Source of the DNA: a virus
UHGV virus genome: UHGV-1364111
DNA: 40,203 nucleotides
Reading direction: 5' to 3' (one strand)
Shown here: in pieces, positions 25,694 to 34,572 of the stretch
Numbering within the stretch: position 1 is the stretch's first letter
Layout: each line of letters starts with the position of its first letter
Made by a program: the position numbers and the translations under genes
The notes under the pieces: generated by a model
Database searches by the model: none
What the model was told of the DNA's origin: nothing
What the model saw: only the letters and a program-made list of their open reading frames with translations

Positions 25694-27175
25694 TTATTTT
25701 AAAATCCTAAATCCCATTTCATCGTTTAATCGATAAATCATGATCAGCCTGTCAGAATAAACAACGGTGCTGGAATTCATCCTCTTATCCCTGTCCCAAA
25801 AGTCTTGTCCTGTTGGTGGGGATGAGACGATGCCGTATTGCTTCATGAGGCTGTGTTTGAATCTTCCATTTGCAAAAGAGGAGTAAACAAAGTCCTTGAG
25901 GAATGGTCTGGCTGAAAGTGATCTGTCCACGCTTGGTGGGTATGAAGGCCCACCAAAGATATAAACCTTCATGCCCTTCTTGTAACCATTCTCATAAAGT
26001 TTTTCTGCTGCATAGGACGCGACAAATCTATCAAGCCTTTGCATGTCATTTACAACACCAGACACTGTAGATGACAACGAGAATGAGCAAAGCACTAAAG
26101 TAATCGGTAATATCATCTTTAACCTGAATGGGTATTTATCCAGCAACCAGCAAAAATAAATTAATACGAACCCAAAGGCGATCATGACGCGGGAGGATGC
26201 GACTGGATTTTGCAAGATAAGCATTATCCCAGCCGTTAATGAGAAAAGCGCTACTGGGGTGATTGTGATCACAATTAATGATGGTAAGTTTAGTCCGCGC
26301 CTTTTTGACAGGAAGCCTCCAAGAACAATAGATGCAGACATAACCAACCAAGTGACAACACCATTGAATCCCTTCATCGCATCTCTGAATATGGCATAGA
26401 AGTTACTTGAATTCTCTCCGATCCGTTTAATGCCATTCATATCGAAAGACACCAGGCTTTCGTGGCTCTGAGTATACTCACTTAGGGATATAACATGCTT
26501 CACACATAGTTTATAAAGTACTGCGGAAATAATCAGTGAAATAGCGCACCTTATAACATAAGGGGCCTGCTTTTTGACATGCTCTCCAGAATATAAATTA
26601 GAGCATATTATCAATAACATCGTTGAGAATATGACGTTAACTGATGCCTGGTATGTAGTAAAAACCACAAATCCTAATGCTACACCCCAAAAATATCTCT
26701 TTGGTCCGGAGTTTAAAAGAACAATTGAAAAACAAACAGCAGACAATGCAGAGAGACCCATGATGAATGAGTCATGTCTGAATAGCATGTTCCCGATCCA
26801 AAAAGGACTTGTTAGAAGAGAAATCGATGAAATTGCAACAAGAACATTTGAACGTATAGAAATCCTCTCTACGACAATCAATGCAGCAAGAACAATGCAA
26901 AATGTTGACGCTATCAAAGTGAATGGGAAAGTGTCCAGCAGAACCCCGTCACCAAAGAACCTGAATCCAGACGTGCTGAGGGAGAACAGCCACATAATCA
27001 CACTGGCAAGTGGCCTAGCGTTATCCTCCCAGGCTGTAACTCCAGTATCAGATCTAAGCCAGTCATCAATAATGTAATTTTCATGAATGATAAATGGTAA
27101 AATATAAATCAATGACATGAAAGCTACTGCCGCCAATGCCCACCGATAATTCCATAAAAAAGATTTGCTAATCAT
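25694..27175 (-). CDS. gtrC: GtrC-like serotype-specific O-antigen glucosyltransferase (polytopic membrane protein)
   Basis: 493 aa with many hydrophobic helices and a C-terminal soluble domain. Third gene of a gtrA-gtrB-gtrC arrangement, ATGA-coupled to gtrB. Confidence 0.6.
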   Translation of the reverse strand: MISKSFLWNYRWALAAVAFMSLIYILPFIIHENYIIDDWLRSDTGVTAWEDNARPLASVIMWLFSLSTSGFRFFGDGVLLDTFPFTLIASTFCIVLAALIVVERISIRSNVLVAISSISLLTSPFWIGNMLFRHDSFIMGLSALSAVCFSIVLLNSGPKRYFWGVALGFVVFTTYQASVNVIFSTMLLIICSNLYSGEHVKKQAPYVIRCAISLIISAVLYKLCVKHVISLSEYTQSHESLVSFDMNGIKRIGENSSNFYAIFRDAMKGFNGVVTWLVMSASIVLGGFLSKRRGLNLPSLIVITITPVALFSLTAGIMLILQNPVASSRVMIAFGFVLIYFCWLLDKYPFRLKMILPITLVLCSFSLSSTVSGVVNDMQRLDRFVASYAAEKLYENGYKKGMKVYIFGGPSYPPSVDRSLSARPFLKDFVYSSFANGRFKHSLMKQYGIVSSPPTGQDFWDRDKRMNSSTVVYSDRLIMIYRLNDEMGFRILK

Positions 27176-28092
27176 TGTTTTTTGCCTTTCAGTACATATC
27201 GAGGTCTATTCTTAACTTCAACATAAATCCTGCCTATATACTCACCCAAGACTCCAATCCCGATCAGCTGTATGCCGCCAAGGAAAAGAATGGAGACGAG
27301 GAGGGATGGGTAACCTCGCACAGCATTACCAAAGGCGAGAGTGTCTATAATCATCCACGCTCCATAAAGGAAAGCCACGCCGGCAACCAGTAAGCCTATG
27401 TAGGTCCACATGCGAAGAGGGAAGGTTGAAAAGCTCGTGATCCCCTCAAGGGCAAGGTTCCATAGCTTCCAGCCGTTGAATTTCGTGCTTCCTGCCACAC
27501 GTTCTGCGCGAGCATATTCAACAACATCAGTATTGCCGCCAACCCAGCTCAGGACGCCCTTCATAAACAAGTTACGCTCTGGCATGAGCTTAATGTTTTC
27601 CACCACCTGGCGAGACATCAGGCGGAAATCACCAACGTTTTCCTCGATCTGTGGGTTACTGATTTTATTATGCAGCTTATAGAACCACTCAGCGGTCTTG
27701 CGCTTCAATCTGCCATCTGTAGAGCGATCAGAGCGTTTAGCCAGAACCATATCAGCACCGGCCTGCCATTTCTCGATAAGGTGAGGAATAACTTCGATAG
27801 GGTCCTGCAAGTCTACGTCGATCGGGATAATCGCTTCACCGGACGCGTGATCAAGGCCGGCGAACAGAGCTGGCTCTTTACCAAAGTTACGAGTGAACGA
27901 CAACGGCACAACAAGCGGGTCTGCAACAGCAAGTGCGTTAATAATTGATTCTGTCGCGTCTTTGCTACCGTCATTTATGAAGACTATCTCGACTTCATGC
28001 TGCTGAAGGCCTTCAAATTCACGAACGGTTTTATAGAAGATAGGAATTGCTTCTTCTTCATTAAATACCGGAACGACCAGAGAAATTTTCAT
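27172..28092 (-). CDS. gtrB: bactoprenol glucosyltransferase GtrB (GT2 family)
   Basis: [17 protein letters not shown]...INDGSKDAT...: GT2 DxD/DGS motifs, two C-terminal TM helices, 306 aa. ATGA-coupled to gtrA. Confidence 0.85.
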   Translation of the reverse strand: MKISLVVPVFNEEEAIPIFYKTVREFEGLQQHEVEIVFINDGSKDATESIINALAVADPLVVPLSFTRNFGKEPALFAGLDHASGEAIIPIDVDLQDPIEVIPHLIEKWQAGADMVLAKRSDRSTDGRLKRKTAEWFYKLHNKISNPQIEENVGDFRLMSRQVVENIKLMPERNLFMKGVLSWVGGNTDVVEYARAERVAGSTKFNGWKLWNLALEGITSFSTFPLRMWTYIGLLVAGVAFLYGAWMIIDTLAFGNAVRGYPSLLVSILFLGGIQLIGIGVLGEYIGRIYVEVKNRPRYVLKGKKQ

Positions 28093-28463
28093 TTCGCATC
28101 CCTAAAGACAATGAACTTTGAATAGATGAACCCGCACACCAGACTGATGGCAGAAAAAAGAATGAGAGTTACGATCGGAGCCATGCCAGACTTATCAGCG
28201 CACCATCCAACAATCGCACTCAGTGAGCCCATGAACCCAACATAAAGCATGTAACGCATGGTTGTAGTGGAAGACTTGAACGTGAACCTGGCGTTTGCAA
28301 AGAAGCTGAATGACACCGCCACGACGAACCCGGCAAAGTTGCCAAGTGCCTGTCCAGTGTGAAACGCATAAATGCAAATAGCGAACACAACCCAGTGAAT
28401 GAGAGTGTTTATAACGCCGATCGATGTGTACTTTGCGAATAACTTAAGCACTTTTACGTCCAT
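28089..28463 (-). CDS. gtrA: GtrA-family bactoprenol-glucose flippase
   Basis: 124 aa, four TM helices, [19 protein letters not shown]... typical of the GtrA family. First gene of the operon. Confidence 0.8.
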   Translation of the reverse strand: MDVKVLKLFAKYTSIGVINTLIHWVVFAICIYAFHTGQALGNFAGFVVAVSFSFFANARFTFKSSTTTMRYMLYVGFMGSLSAIVGWCADKSGMAPIVTLILFSAISLVCGFIYSKFIVFRDAK

Positions 28464-28484
28464 AAAATGTAAAACATTACTTTA

Positions 28485-28499
28485 TCACCTTTAAGGTAA
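28485..28499. promoter_or_regulatory. imperfect operator-like palindrome TCACC-tttaa-GGTAA between divergent gtr and lysis promoters
   Basis: TTATCACC tttaa GGTAATTT. Left half resembles the lambda half-site TATCACC. Confidence 0.3.
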
Positions 28500-28595
28500 T
28501 TTCGTTAAGAGTTATCCGATCAAATTTAATCCACATATGGTTTATTGTGTATGATGAACTCACCAACTAAGGGGGTTCTTTATGCACATTAAACG

Positions 28596-29009
28596 GTGGT
28601 CACTATGTCGCACACGTTAACCACGGAATCGCTGAATCAGGGGCTTAGCCTGAGCGCGCTAATGTCTGTGGTCGCGGGTGTGCCGCCGGAGGTGGCTTTA
28701 GGGGCGCTCGCTGGTGCGGTAATTTTTGTTACCTCAGCGGTGGAGTATCCCATAAAGCGGCGGTTACTTCTGGCGTTCCTAAGCTTCTTTTGCGGCCTTC
28801 TCTTCTACAAAGCGACAGCATCCATTCTTATCGGTATTGCCAGCATGATCCCCACGATTACGCAGGATTCCTTTGAAAAGGGAATTGTGTTTTCTGCCGG
28901 GGCATTCGTGTCGGCAATCGTCGCTGTGCGCATTGGCATCTGGCTGTATCACCGTTCTGAAAATCCGCGCGACCTGATCCCGGGGAGAAAAGACGATGAC
29001 CAGTCCTGA
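28596..29009 (+). CDS. putative holin (3 TM)
   Basis: 137 aa, three hydrophobic segments, charged C-terminus (RKDDDQS). GTG at 28596 or ATG at 28605. A 12-codon mini-ORF with a strong SD AAGGGGG (ATG 28582) overlaps the start. Confidence 0.5.
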   Translation: MVTMSHTLTTESLNQGLSLSALMSVVAGVPPEVALGALAGAVIFVTSAVEYPIKRRLLLAFLSFFCGLLFYKATASILIGIASMIPTITQDSFEKGIVFSAGAFVSAIVAVRIGIWLYHRSENPRDLIPGRKDDDQS

Positions 29010-29289
29010 GCTGCTTCTCATCCTGAACGCCGTTATCTGCGGCGGAATTGCTATCCGAGTCCTTCTGTTCCGCCGTGACGGGTCACGCCATCGCTGGTGG
29101 GGCGGATGGCTCGCCTACCTGCTGATCGTAGTGGCCGCCAGCGTACCTATCCGGACGTTCTACGGGTATTACGTCAGCGCCGACTGGTCAGAAGTCATCA
29201 TCAAAGCTGTGTTCCTGGCTGCTCTCATCAAGACAAAAGGGAACGTGGTGCAAATTTTCAAGATAACGAGGTCCCAGCATGGACATTAA
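28996..29289 (+). CDS. second holin/antiholin-like membrane protein (97 aa)
   Basis: Two or three TM segments. Overlaps the ends of the neighbouring lysis genes. Confidence 0.45.
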   Translation: MTSPELLLILNAVICGGIAIRVLLFRRDGSRHRWWGGWLAYLLIVVAASVPIRTFYGYYVSADWSEVIIKAVFLAALIKTKGNVVQIFKITRSQHGH

Positions 29290-29905
29290 CCAATTCCGCC
29301 GCGCCGCCGGCATTACCGAGCAACTGGCCGCGCGCTGGTTCCCGCATATCACCGCCGCCATGAAAGAGTTTGACATTGAAGCGCCAGTGCACCAGGCGAT
29401 GTTTATAGCGCAGGTGGGGCATGAGTCAGGCGGCTTTACCCGACTTCAGGAGAACTTCAACTACAGCGTGACCGGGCTGGCAGGATTCGTCCGTACCGGG
29501 CGTCTCACTCAAGGCCAGGCCAACGCGCTGGGCCGCCGTGCTGGTGAGCCATCGTTACCGCTGGAGCGCCAGCGTGCGATCGCCAATCTGGTGTACAGCA
29601 AACGCATGGGGAATAACGGGCCGACCGACGGCTGGTTTTACCGAGGCCGCGGGCTTATCCAGATCACCGGCCTGAACAACTACCGCGACTGTGGCAACGG
29701 CCTGAAGGTGGATCTGGTTAAGCAACCTGAGATGCTGGCGCAGGACGAGTACGCGGCCCGCAGCGCGGCGTGGTTCTTCGCAACCAAAGGCTGCATGAAG
29801 TACACCGGAGACCTTGTGCGCGTCACGCAGATCATCAATGGCGGCCAGAACGGTATCGACGACCGGCGCGCGCGGTACATCACCGCCAGCAAGGTGCTTT
29901 TATGA
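29279..29905 (+). CDS. endolysin, glycoside hydrolase family 19 (chitinase-like)
   Basis: MFIAQVGHESGGF...YRGRGLIQITGLNNY...INGG motifs typical of GH19 lysozymes. No signal peptide. Confidence 0.75.
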   Translation: MDINQFRRAAGITEQLAARWFPHITAAMKEFDIEAPVHQAMFIAQVGHESGGFTRLQENFNYSVTGLAGFVRTGRLTQGQANALGRRAGEPSLPLERQRAIANLVYSKRMGNNGPTDGWFYRGRGLIQITGLNNYRDCGNGLKVDLVKQPEMLAQDEYAARSAAWFFATKGCMKYTGDLVRVTQIINGGQNGIDDRRARYITASKVLL

Positions 29906-30384
29906 TCTGGGCATTCGCCAAAGCGTACTGGAAACAGTTGCTTATCGTCTTGATGCTTGCTGCTCTGGTCATCTGCGGAGTGGTTGCCTGGTATGTACAC
30001 GGCAGCCGCCAGTACGATGCCGGGTATGCACAGGCACAGGCAGACCGCAAAGCCGAAGATGATAAAGCTCGTCAGCAGGACGAACAGGAGAAAGCGACCA
30101 ATGAACGTGAAGCGCAGCAGAGGATCGACCAGGCGCGCAATGATGCTCTTGATGCTGCCGCTCGCGCTGGCCGGTTGCAGCAACAGCTCGTTGCCATCCG
30201 TGAGCAGCTCAGGCAGTATAACGCCACTGTCGGCGCTGGGACGTCAGCCGCAGACACCGGAGTTTTGCTTGCCGACGTGCTCAGCAAATCTCTCGAGCGA
30301 AACCGACAACTGGCAGAGTACGCTGACCGGGCCGCAGAAGCCGGAAGAGTCTGTGAAAAGCAGTACGATTCACTGACCCGGTGA
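29902..30384 (+). CDS. i-spanin Rz
   Basis: ATGA-coupled. N-terminal TM helix (LLIVLMLAALVICGVVAWYV) then a long coiled-coil rich in Q/A/R/E. Confidence 0.65.
   Translation: MIWAFAKAYWKQLLIVLMLAALVICGVVAWYVHGSRQYDAGYAQAQADRKAEDDKARQQDEQEKATNEREAQQRIDQARNDALDAAARAGRLQQQLVAIREQLRQYNATVGAGTSAADTGVLLADVLSKSLERNRQLAEYADRAAEAGRVCEKQYDSLTR
30101..30376 (+). CDS. o-spanin Rz1 embedded in the +1 frame of Rz
   Basis: AGGAG 10 nt upstream of the ATG at 30101. Lipoprotein signal MMLLMLPLALAGC (lipobox LAGC), Pro/Ser-rich mature part. Confidence 0.5.
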   Translation: MNVKRSRGSTRRAMMLLMLPLALAGCSNSSLPSVSSSGSITPLSALGRQPQTPEFCLPTCSANLSSETDNWQSTLTGPQKPEESVKSSTIH

Positions 30385-30700
30385 CATGGCATTTTTCATG
30401 GTACTGATTTCCGGTGACGGTATATAAAACGGTACGGTGAAAATAAGTTTTCAGAAACTTGTTATCAGTCAATTGGTTATGCATGACGTAAATAATTGAG
30501 TGGGAATGATGTATAGCTAGTTCATAGCACATCATATCTATTCAATGTCATCTATAACCCTCTGTAATTGCAGAGGGTTTTTGTTTATAGCTACTCATAT
30601 CTATTCACTCTACACCACATTTTTCGACGGTACAGGTGACGGTATTACCCGAAAGGTATACTCTCATACCGACAAAACATGGATGCATTACGGGTGAATT
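30385..30700. other. AT-rich attP-like region with direct repeats
   Basis: Between lysis and int. Contains TCATATCTATTCA twice (30532-30544, 30595-30607), GGTGACGGTAT twice (30413-30423, 30635-30645) and a terminator. Core site not identifiable without a host sequence. Confidence 0.35.
30556..30588 (+). terminator. rho-independent terminator of the lysis operon
   Basis: AACCCTCTG-taattg-CAGAGGGTT followed by TTTTGTTTAT. Confidence 0.65.
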
Positions 30701-31954
30701 TTGCTTACCGATACCAAACTGAAAAACCTGAAGCCGCAGGAGAAACTGTACAAGGTTTCCGACCGTGACGGGCTGTATGTCGCCGTGCTCACGTCAGGCT
30801 CTGTCTCGTTCCGCTACGACTACCGCATTAATGGCCGCCGGGAAACGCTGGTGATCGGCCAGTACGGTCGTGACGGTATCAGCCTGGCGGAAGCGCGCGA
30901 GGAACTCATTGCCGCCAAAAAGCTGCTGAAGTCAGGCCAGTCGCCTGCTGCGGCAAAACGTGACGGTATAAGGCAGATCGCCGGCGCCGAAACATTCGCG
31001 GTATATACCGACACCTACATGAAACACGTCACCCTGGCCGACAGCACCCGCGCCATGAAGCAGGCAGTGATCGACAGGGATATCCTTCCCGCCCTCGGCA
31101 ACAAGATGATGACTGAGATAACCACCAGGATGGTGCGCGACCTTTGCGATCGTATCGTCGAGCGTGGCGGCCGGGCGACGGCGATTCAGGTAAGGGAGAT
31201 AATCAGCAGCGTCTACCGGTACGCCAACGACCGCGGGCATGGTCTGTTCAATCCTGCTGCCGACATTAAGCCATCATCGATCGCCATGTTTAAGCCGCGC
31301 GAGCGCACACTGTCGCCTGAGGAAATTGGCATATTCTTCCGTGCGCTGGATGACGTCGGTGCGATGGGCACCATGAAGATGGCGCTGAAGCTGGTACTGC
31401 TAACGCTGGTTCGCAAAAGCGAATTTACATACGCGACGTGGGCAGAGATCGATTTCAGGAACTGGACATGGACGATCCCCGCCGACCGAATGAAGGCCAG
31501 GCGCGCGCATGTGATTTACCTGCCGAAGCAGGCGCAGGATCTGCTGGTCGGACTGCAAATGTGCGCTGGTGGCAGTGAATATCTGGTGCCTGGGCGCTAC
31601 AACTTCCGCAAGCCATTGTCGAACGCCGCGCTGAACTCGCTGATAGACCGGACCGTGGAAACCATAAACAAAGACGGCGAGAAAATACAGGATTTCACCG
31701 TACATGACCTGCGCCGGACGGCCAGCACGCTGCTGCATGAAGCGGATTATCCTTCAGACTGGATAGAAAAGGCGCAGGCGCATGAGCAGAAGGGCGTGCG
31801 CGCTGTGTACAACAAAGCTGAGTATGCCCGGCAGCGCGCCTATATGTTGCAGCAGTGGGCGGATATGGTTGATGCCTGGATTAACGGGGAGCACACCGAT
31901 CTGGTGCCGTTCTCCCCGTCTAAATTTGAGAAGTGGTTGGAAGGAAAGGATTAA
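30701..31954 (+). CDS. int: tyrosine integrase (P4-type, DUF4102-like N-terminal domain)
   Basis: 417 aa. N-terminus LTDTKLKNLKPQEKLYKVSDRDGLYVAVLTSGSVSFRYDYRINGRRETL typical of P4-like integrases. C-terminal catalytic region with HDLRRT and an RAYML-type Tyr region. Apparent TTG start. Confidence 0.85.
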   Translation: MLTDTKLKNLKPQEKLYKVSDRDGLYVAVLTSGSVSFRYDYRINGRRETLVIGQYGRDGISLAEAREELIAAKKLLKSGQSPAAAKRDGIRQIAGAETFAVYTDTYMKHVTLADSTRAMKQAVIDRDILPALGNKMMTEITTRMVRDLCDRIVERGGRATAIQVREIISSVYRYANDRGHGLFNPAADIKPSSIAMFKPRERTLSPEEIGIFFRALDDVGAMGTMKMALKLVLLTLVRKSEFTYATWAEIDFRNWTWTIPADRMKARRAHVIYLPKQAQDLLVGLQMCAGGSEYLVPGRYNFRKPLSNAALNSLIDRTVETINKDGEKIQDFTVHDLRRTASTLLHEADYPSDWIEKAQAHEQKGVRAVYNKAEYARQRAYMLQQWADMVDAWINGEHTDLVPFSPSKFEKWLEGKD

Positions 31955-32502
31955 GCTGCATCCCGTCTTGCCAGGCGGGAGTTGCCATATGCCATAAGAG
32001 TATCGCGTTCTACCGTTGTAAACTCGCAATGGGTTCTCGGATATGGCTTCCAGATGAGCAGTAAGGATCCTTTGTTGTTGCCGCTTACTGGTTTCCCTGT
32101 GAGCGGGTTGATAAATGCCAGCCGCCCGGCGGTGATGAAGCGCACCTCGCTGGCGGTCTGGATTGCCTCTTTGAACCAGCCAACCGATGTGTCTGCCGGA
32201 ACCAGCATGACGGTGCCGATCTGATTGGCGCTCTCGGCGGAGGCTTTCTTAACGAATGGCATAATGTCACTATACGGTGGATTCATCCAGACGTAGCCTG
32301 GCACATTCAGGTAATCAGCCCATGGAGTTTCCAGTGTGTTCTGCTCGGCAGTGATGAACTTGCGGCACAGCGCGTTATGTGGCGCTGCGGCTGCATCCAA
32401 CTGGAAGCAGAACTCGGCATCTAGCGCTGAGAAGATAGCTGGTGGCGTGCGCCATAAATCACGCTGATCAGCTGGCGTATTACTTCCTGCGAAATCAGTC
32501 AT
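31951..32502 (-). CDS. phage N6-adenine DNA methyltransferase (Dam-family)
   Basis: 183 aa with the NPPY catalytic motif (VWMNPPYSD). Resembles the phage Dam MTase family. Stop overlaps the int stop by 4 bp (convergent). Confidence 0.7.
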   Translation of the reverse strand: MTDFAGSNTPADQRDLWRTPPAIFSALDAEFCFQLDAAAAPHNALCRKFITAEQNTLETPWADYLNVPGYVWMNPPYSDIMPFVKKASAESANQIGTVMLVPADTSVGWFKEAIQTASEVRFITAGRLAFINPLTGKPVSGNNKGSLLLIWKPYPRTHCEFTTVERDTLMAYGNSRLARRDAA

Positions 32503-32690
32503 GCTTCACCGCCTTCCGACTTCTCATCTTCTACAGCAAGAGACTCCAGCTTATCCATAAACATTGCGGACAGCATTGCGTACTCCGCGTCTGTGGCTGC
32601 TGGCATTGGAACAAATCGGATGCCGAACGAGGCGAGCATATTTGCAGCCTCGAGGCACTTTCTTAAATCTGCTGGTGATGCTTTATTCAT
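32499..32690 (-). CDS. small hypothetical protein (63 aa)
   Basis: ATGA-coupled to the upstream micro-ORF. Acidic C-terminus. Confidence 0.4.
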   Translation of the reverse strand: MNKASPADLRKCLEAANMLASFGIRFVPMPAATDAEYAMLSAMFMDKLESLAVEDEKSEGGEA

Positions 32691-32843
32691 GCCGCCACCT
32701 TCTTGCTGTTCATCAGCTCAGCCAGGCGCTGAGCCTTCAATGGGTTTCTGATAATGTCGCCGCTCGGTGCTACCCATCCACGGCGATTGATGGAATAGGG
32801 CAGCGTGACACTGCCCACGGTGATCCCGTCGTGCGGATTAGTC
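32688..32843 (-). CDS. micro-ORF (51 aa), translationally coupled
   Basis: Not in the ORF track (under 60 aa). MTNPHDGITVGSVTLPYSINRRGW.... Start ATGACTAA overlaps the upstream stop. Its stop overlaps the downstream start (ATGA). Confidence 0.3.
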
Positions 32844-33134
32844 ATACACCACCCCGCGACATCCGATCCCGCTGTAGTCCAGGTGCGGTGTGCGGTTACC
32901 TTTGGTTATGCACTGCTGGCGGCGCACCGCGATGCGGGCGCGCTCCACTTCGCCTACAGCTGCGTCCAGGCACTGTAGCCAGAGGCGGGCCGCGATGCGA
33001 TAATGACCGCGTCGCTCGCGCTCGATGGCCCGGCTTTCGATCTCCATGGCTTCCGGGGTTACTGCCACAACTCTTTCAACACGGCGCTGCGAGACGTAGT
33101 CTTCGTGATAGCGCTCAAGTTTCGTCTTTTTCAT
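32838..33134 (-). CDS. PerC-family-like transcriptional regulator (about 99 aa)
   Basis: MKKTKLERY...AMEIESRAIERERRGHYRIAARLWLQCLDAAVGEVERARIAVRRQQCI resembles the PerC signature (A..LE.KGL.RRAA.RW.EV...R). ATG at 33134 with a GAGAGG RBS. ORF track shows a longer frame reaching 33257. Confidence 0.45.
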   Translation of the reverse strand: MKKTKLERYHEDYVSQRRVERVVAVTPEAMEIESRAIERERRGHYRIAARLWLQCLDAAVGEVERARIAVRRQQCITKGNRTPHLDYSGIGCRGVVYD

Positions 33135-33148
33135 TTGATCCAGACCTC

Positions 33149-33247
33149 TCAACTGATTACCGCCGCCAGCCACATCAGGTAGGCGATCACGGCCAGATAC
33201 AGGTACACATCTGACCATCTGCCGATATGCTTCTTCAGCGCTGTCAT
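33149..33247 (-). CDS. 32-aa hydrophobic micro-peptide (single TM)
   Basis: MTALKKHIGRWSDVYLYLAVIAYLMWLAAVIS. ATGA-coupled to the alpA-like stop. Its stop lies 12 nt before the PerC-like start. Confidence 0.25.
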   Translation of the reverse strand: MTALKKHIGRWSDVYLYLAVIAYLMWLAAVIS

Positions 33248-33492
33248 GCTGCCGCACTCACCGGGCGATACACGCGGCGGTCAACTGGCGGCTTTTTTCC
33301 GGTGAACGTCGCCGGGCTTGCCGCCTTACGTTTATCCAGCCAGGCTTCAACTTCGCTCTGGTCCCACGCGCAGCGGCGATCGGTGATCCAGAAACGGGAC
33401 GGGAATTCTCCAGCCTGTTCCAGGCGGTCAATCGTGCTCCATGACAGTGGCACCACCGCCAGGAGTTCCTTCTTACCAAATGCACCTTTCAT
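33244..33492 (-). CDS. AlpA-family phage regulatory/excisionase-like protein
   Basis: 82 aa. LLAVVPLSWSTIDRLEQAGEFPSRFWITDRRCAWDQSEVEAWL matches the AlpA family (MerR-like winged helix). Confidence 0.6.
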   Translation of the reverse strand: MKGAFGKKELLAVVPLSWSTIDRLEQAGEFPSRFWITDRRCAWDQSEVEAWLDKRKAASPATFTGKKPPVDRRVYRPVSAAA

Positions 33493-33540
33493 AAATACCT
33501 CTCTTGGTTGCAGGCGTGGCGCCGTGGCGCCACGGTGGTG

Positions 33541-34563
33541 TTATTCGAATTCAGGACGCATATCGTTAAGCGTCGTCATGAATACCTGGTGGTATTCCTC
33601 ACCGAGCTTTTCAGCCATGGCGTTGATCTCATCTTCGGCACGCTTAAACATCGCCTTGGCATCTGCTGCGGATGAATCGAGGCTGTTCAGAATTGCGCTG
33701 ACGTATTCCCGAGCCTCTTCGCGATCAGAGTCAGAAACCACCGTCAGGCTCTGCTGCTCATCATCAACAACGGAATACTCGCCGGTGATAACTGCTGCGT
33801 TATCCTGGCTCAGGCCAGCTTCCGCGCGTTCATCCATCACAACAGCTTTTTGCAGTTCGATAGAGACAGGCAGGTATTTGAACAGGCGGCGGATCACCGT
33901 CTTTTTCGCCATTTCGTCGAAGTGGTCAACCCATGGGCCACTGCTGCCGGCTTTGCTCAGGGCCCGTACTTTTTCAACGTCTGCCCGGCTCATAACTTCG
34001 AACTGGACTCCGCCATCTTTCAGGCGGGCCACGGCGTAAACATGGGTCAGTTCGCCGCGGTCACCGGTTTCGCAAGGTGAGTGCTCGAGCGTTTCTTCCA
34101 GGCCGTATGAGTAGCTGAATTTGTCGTTTGCATGGACGGTGCGCGCTGAGATGCTCAGGATCTGCCCGGAGCGGCGGGCAAGGTCAATCATCCCGCGATA
34201 GCCGATTATGAGCTGAGCTTCGGTCGATACCGTTTCCCAGCGGCCATTAACTTTCTGGCGCTTGTCGAACGGTATGAGGTATGCGTGGCCAAGTGCGCCG
34301 CCCGGCTCAAGCCCGAGCTGAGCGCACTGCATAATTGCCCCGAGGAAACTGGCCTGGTCGCATGCGGCTAGTTTCGGAACCTTGCGGATCTCGGTAGTGG
34401 CGATGCGCGCCAGGCGGTCAGCTGTCATGTGCTTTGGAAGAGCCAGTGCCATCTGAGCCTTAATTTTTGGATCCGCGAGCAAACCGGCCAGCGTGGTAGG
34501 TTTCTCGTTATGCTGTGCAACCTGATTGCCGGTCGCTGCTGCCTTAAGTGCGTTGGTAGACAT
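33541..34563 (-). CDS. recT: RecT-family single-strand annealing protein
   Basis: 340 aa. Conserved RecT core (ACDQASFLGAIMQCAQLGLEPG...AYLIPF...YRGMIDLARRSG), acidic C-terminus. Confidence 0.85.
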   Translation of the reverse strand: MSTNALKAAATGNQVAQHNEKPTTLAGLLADPKIKAQMALALPKHMTADRLARIATTEIRKVPKLAACDQASFLGAIMQCAQLGLEPGGALGHAYLIPFDKRQKVNGRWETVSTEAQLIIGYRGMIDLARRSGQILSISARTVHANDKFSYSYGLEETLEHSPCETGDRGELTHVYAVARLKDGGVQFEVMSRADVEKVRALSKAGSSGPWVDHFDEMAKKTVIRRLFKYLPVSIELQKAVVMDERAEAGLSQDNAAVITGEYSVVDDEQQSLTVVSDSDREEAREYVSAILNSLDSSAADAKAMFKRAEDEINAMAEKLGEEYHQVFMTTLNDMRPEFE

Positions 34564-34572
34564 TTTTTCTCC

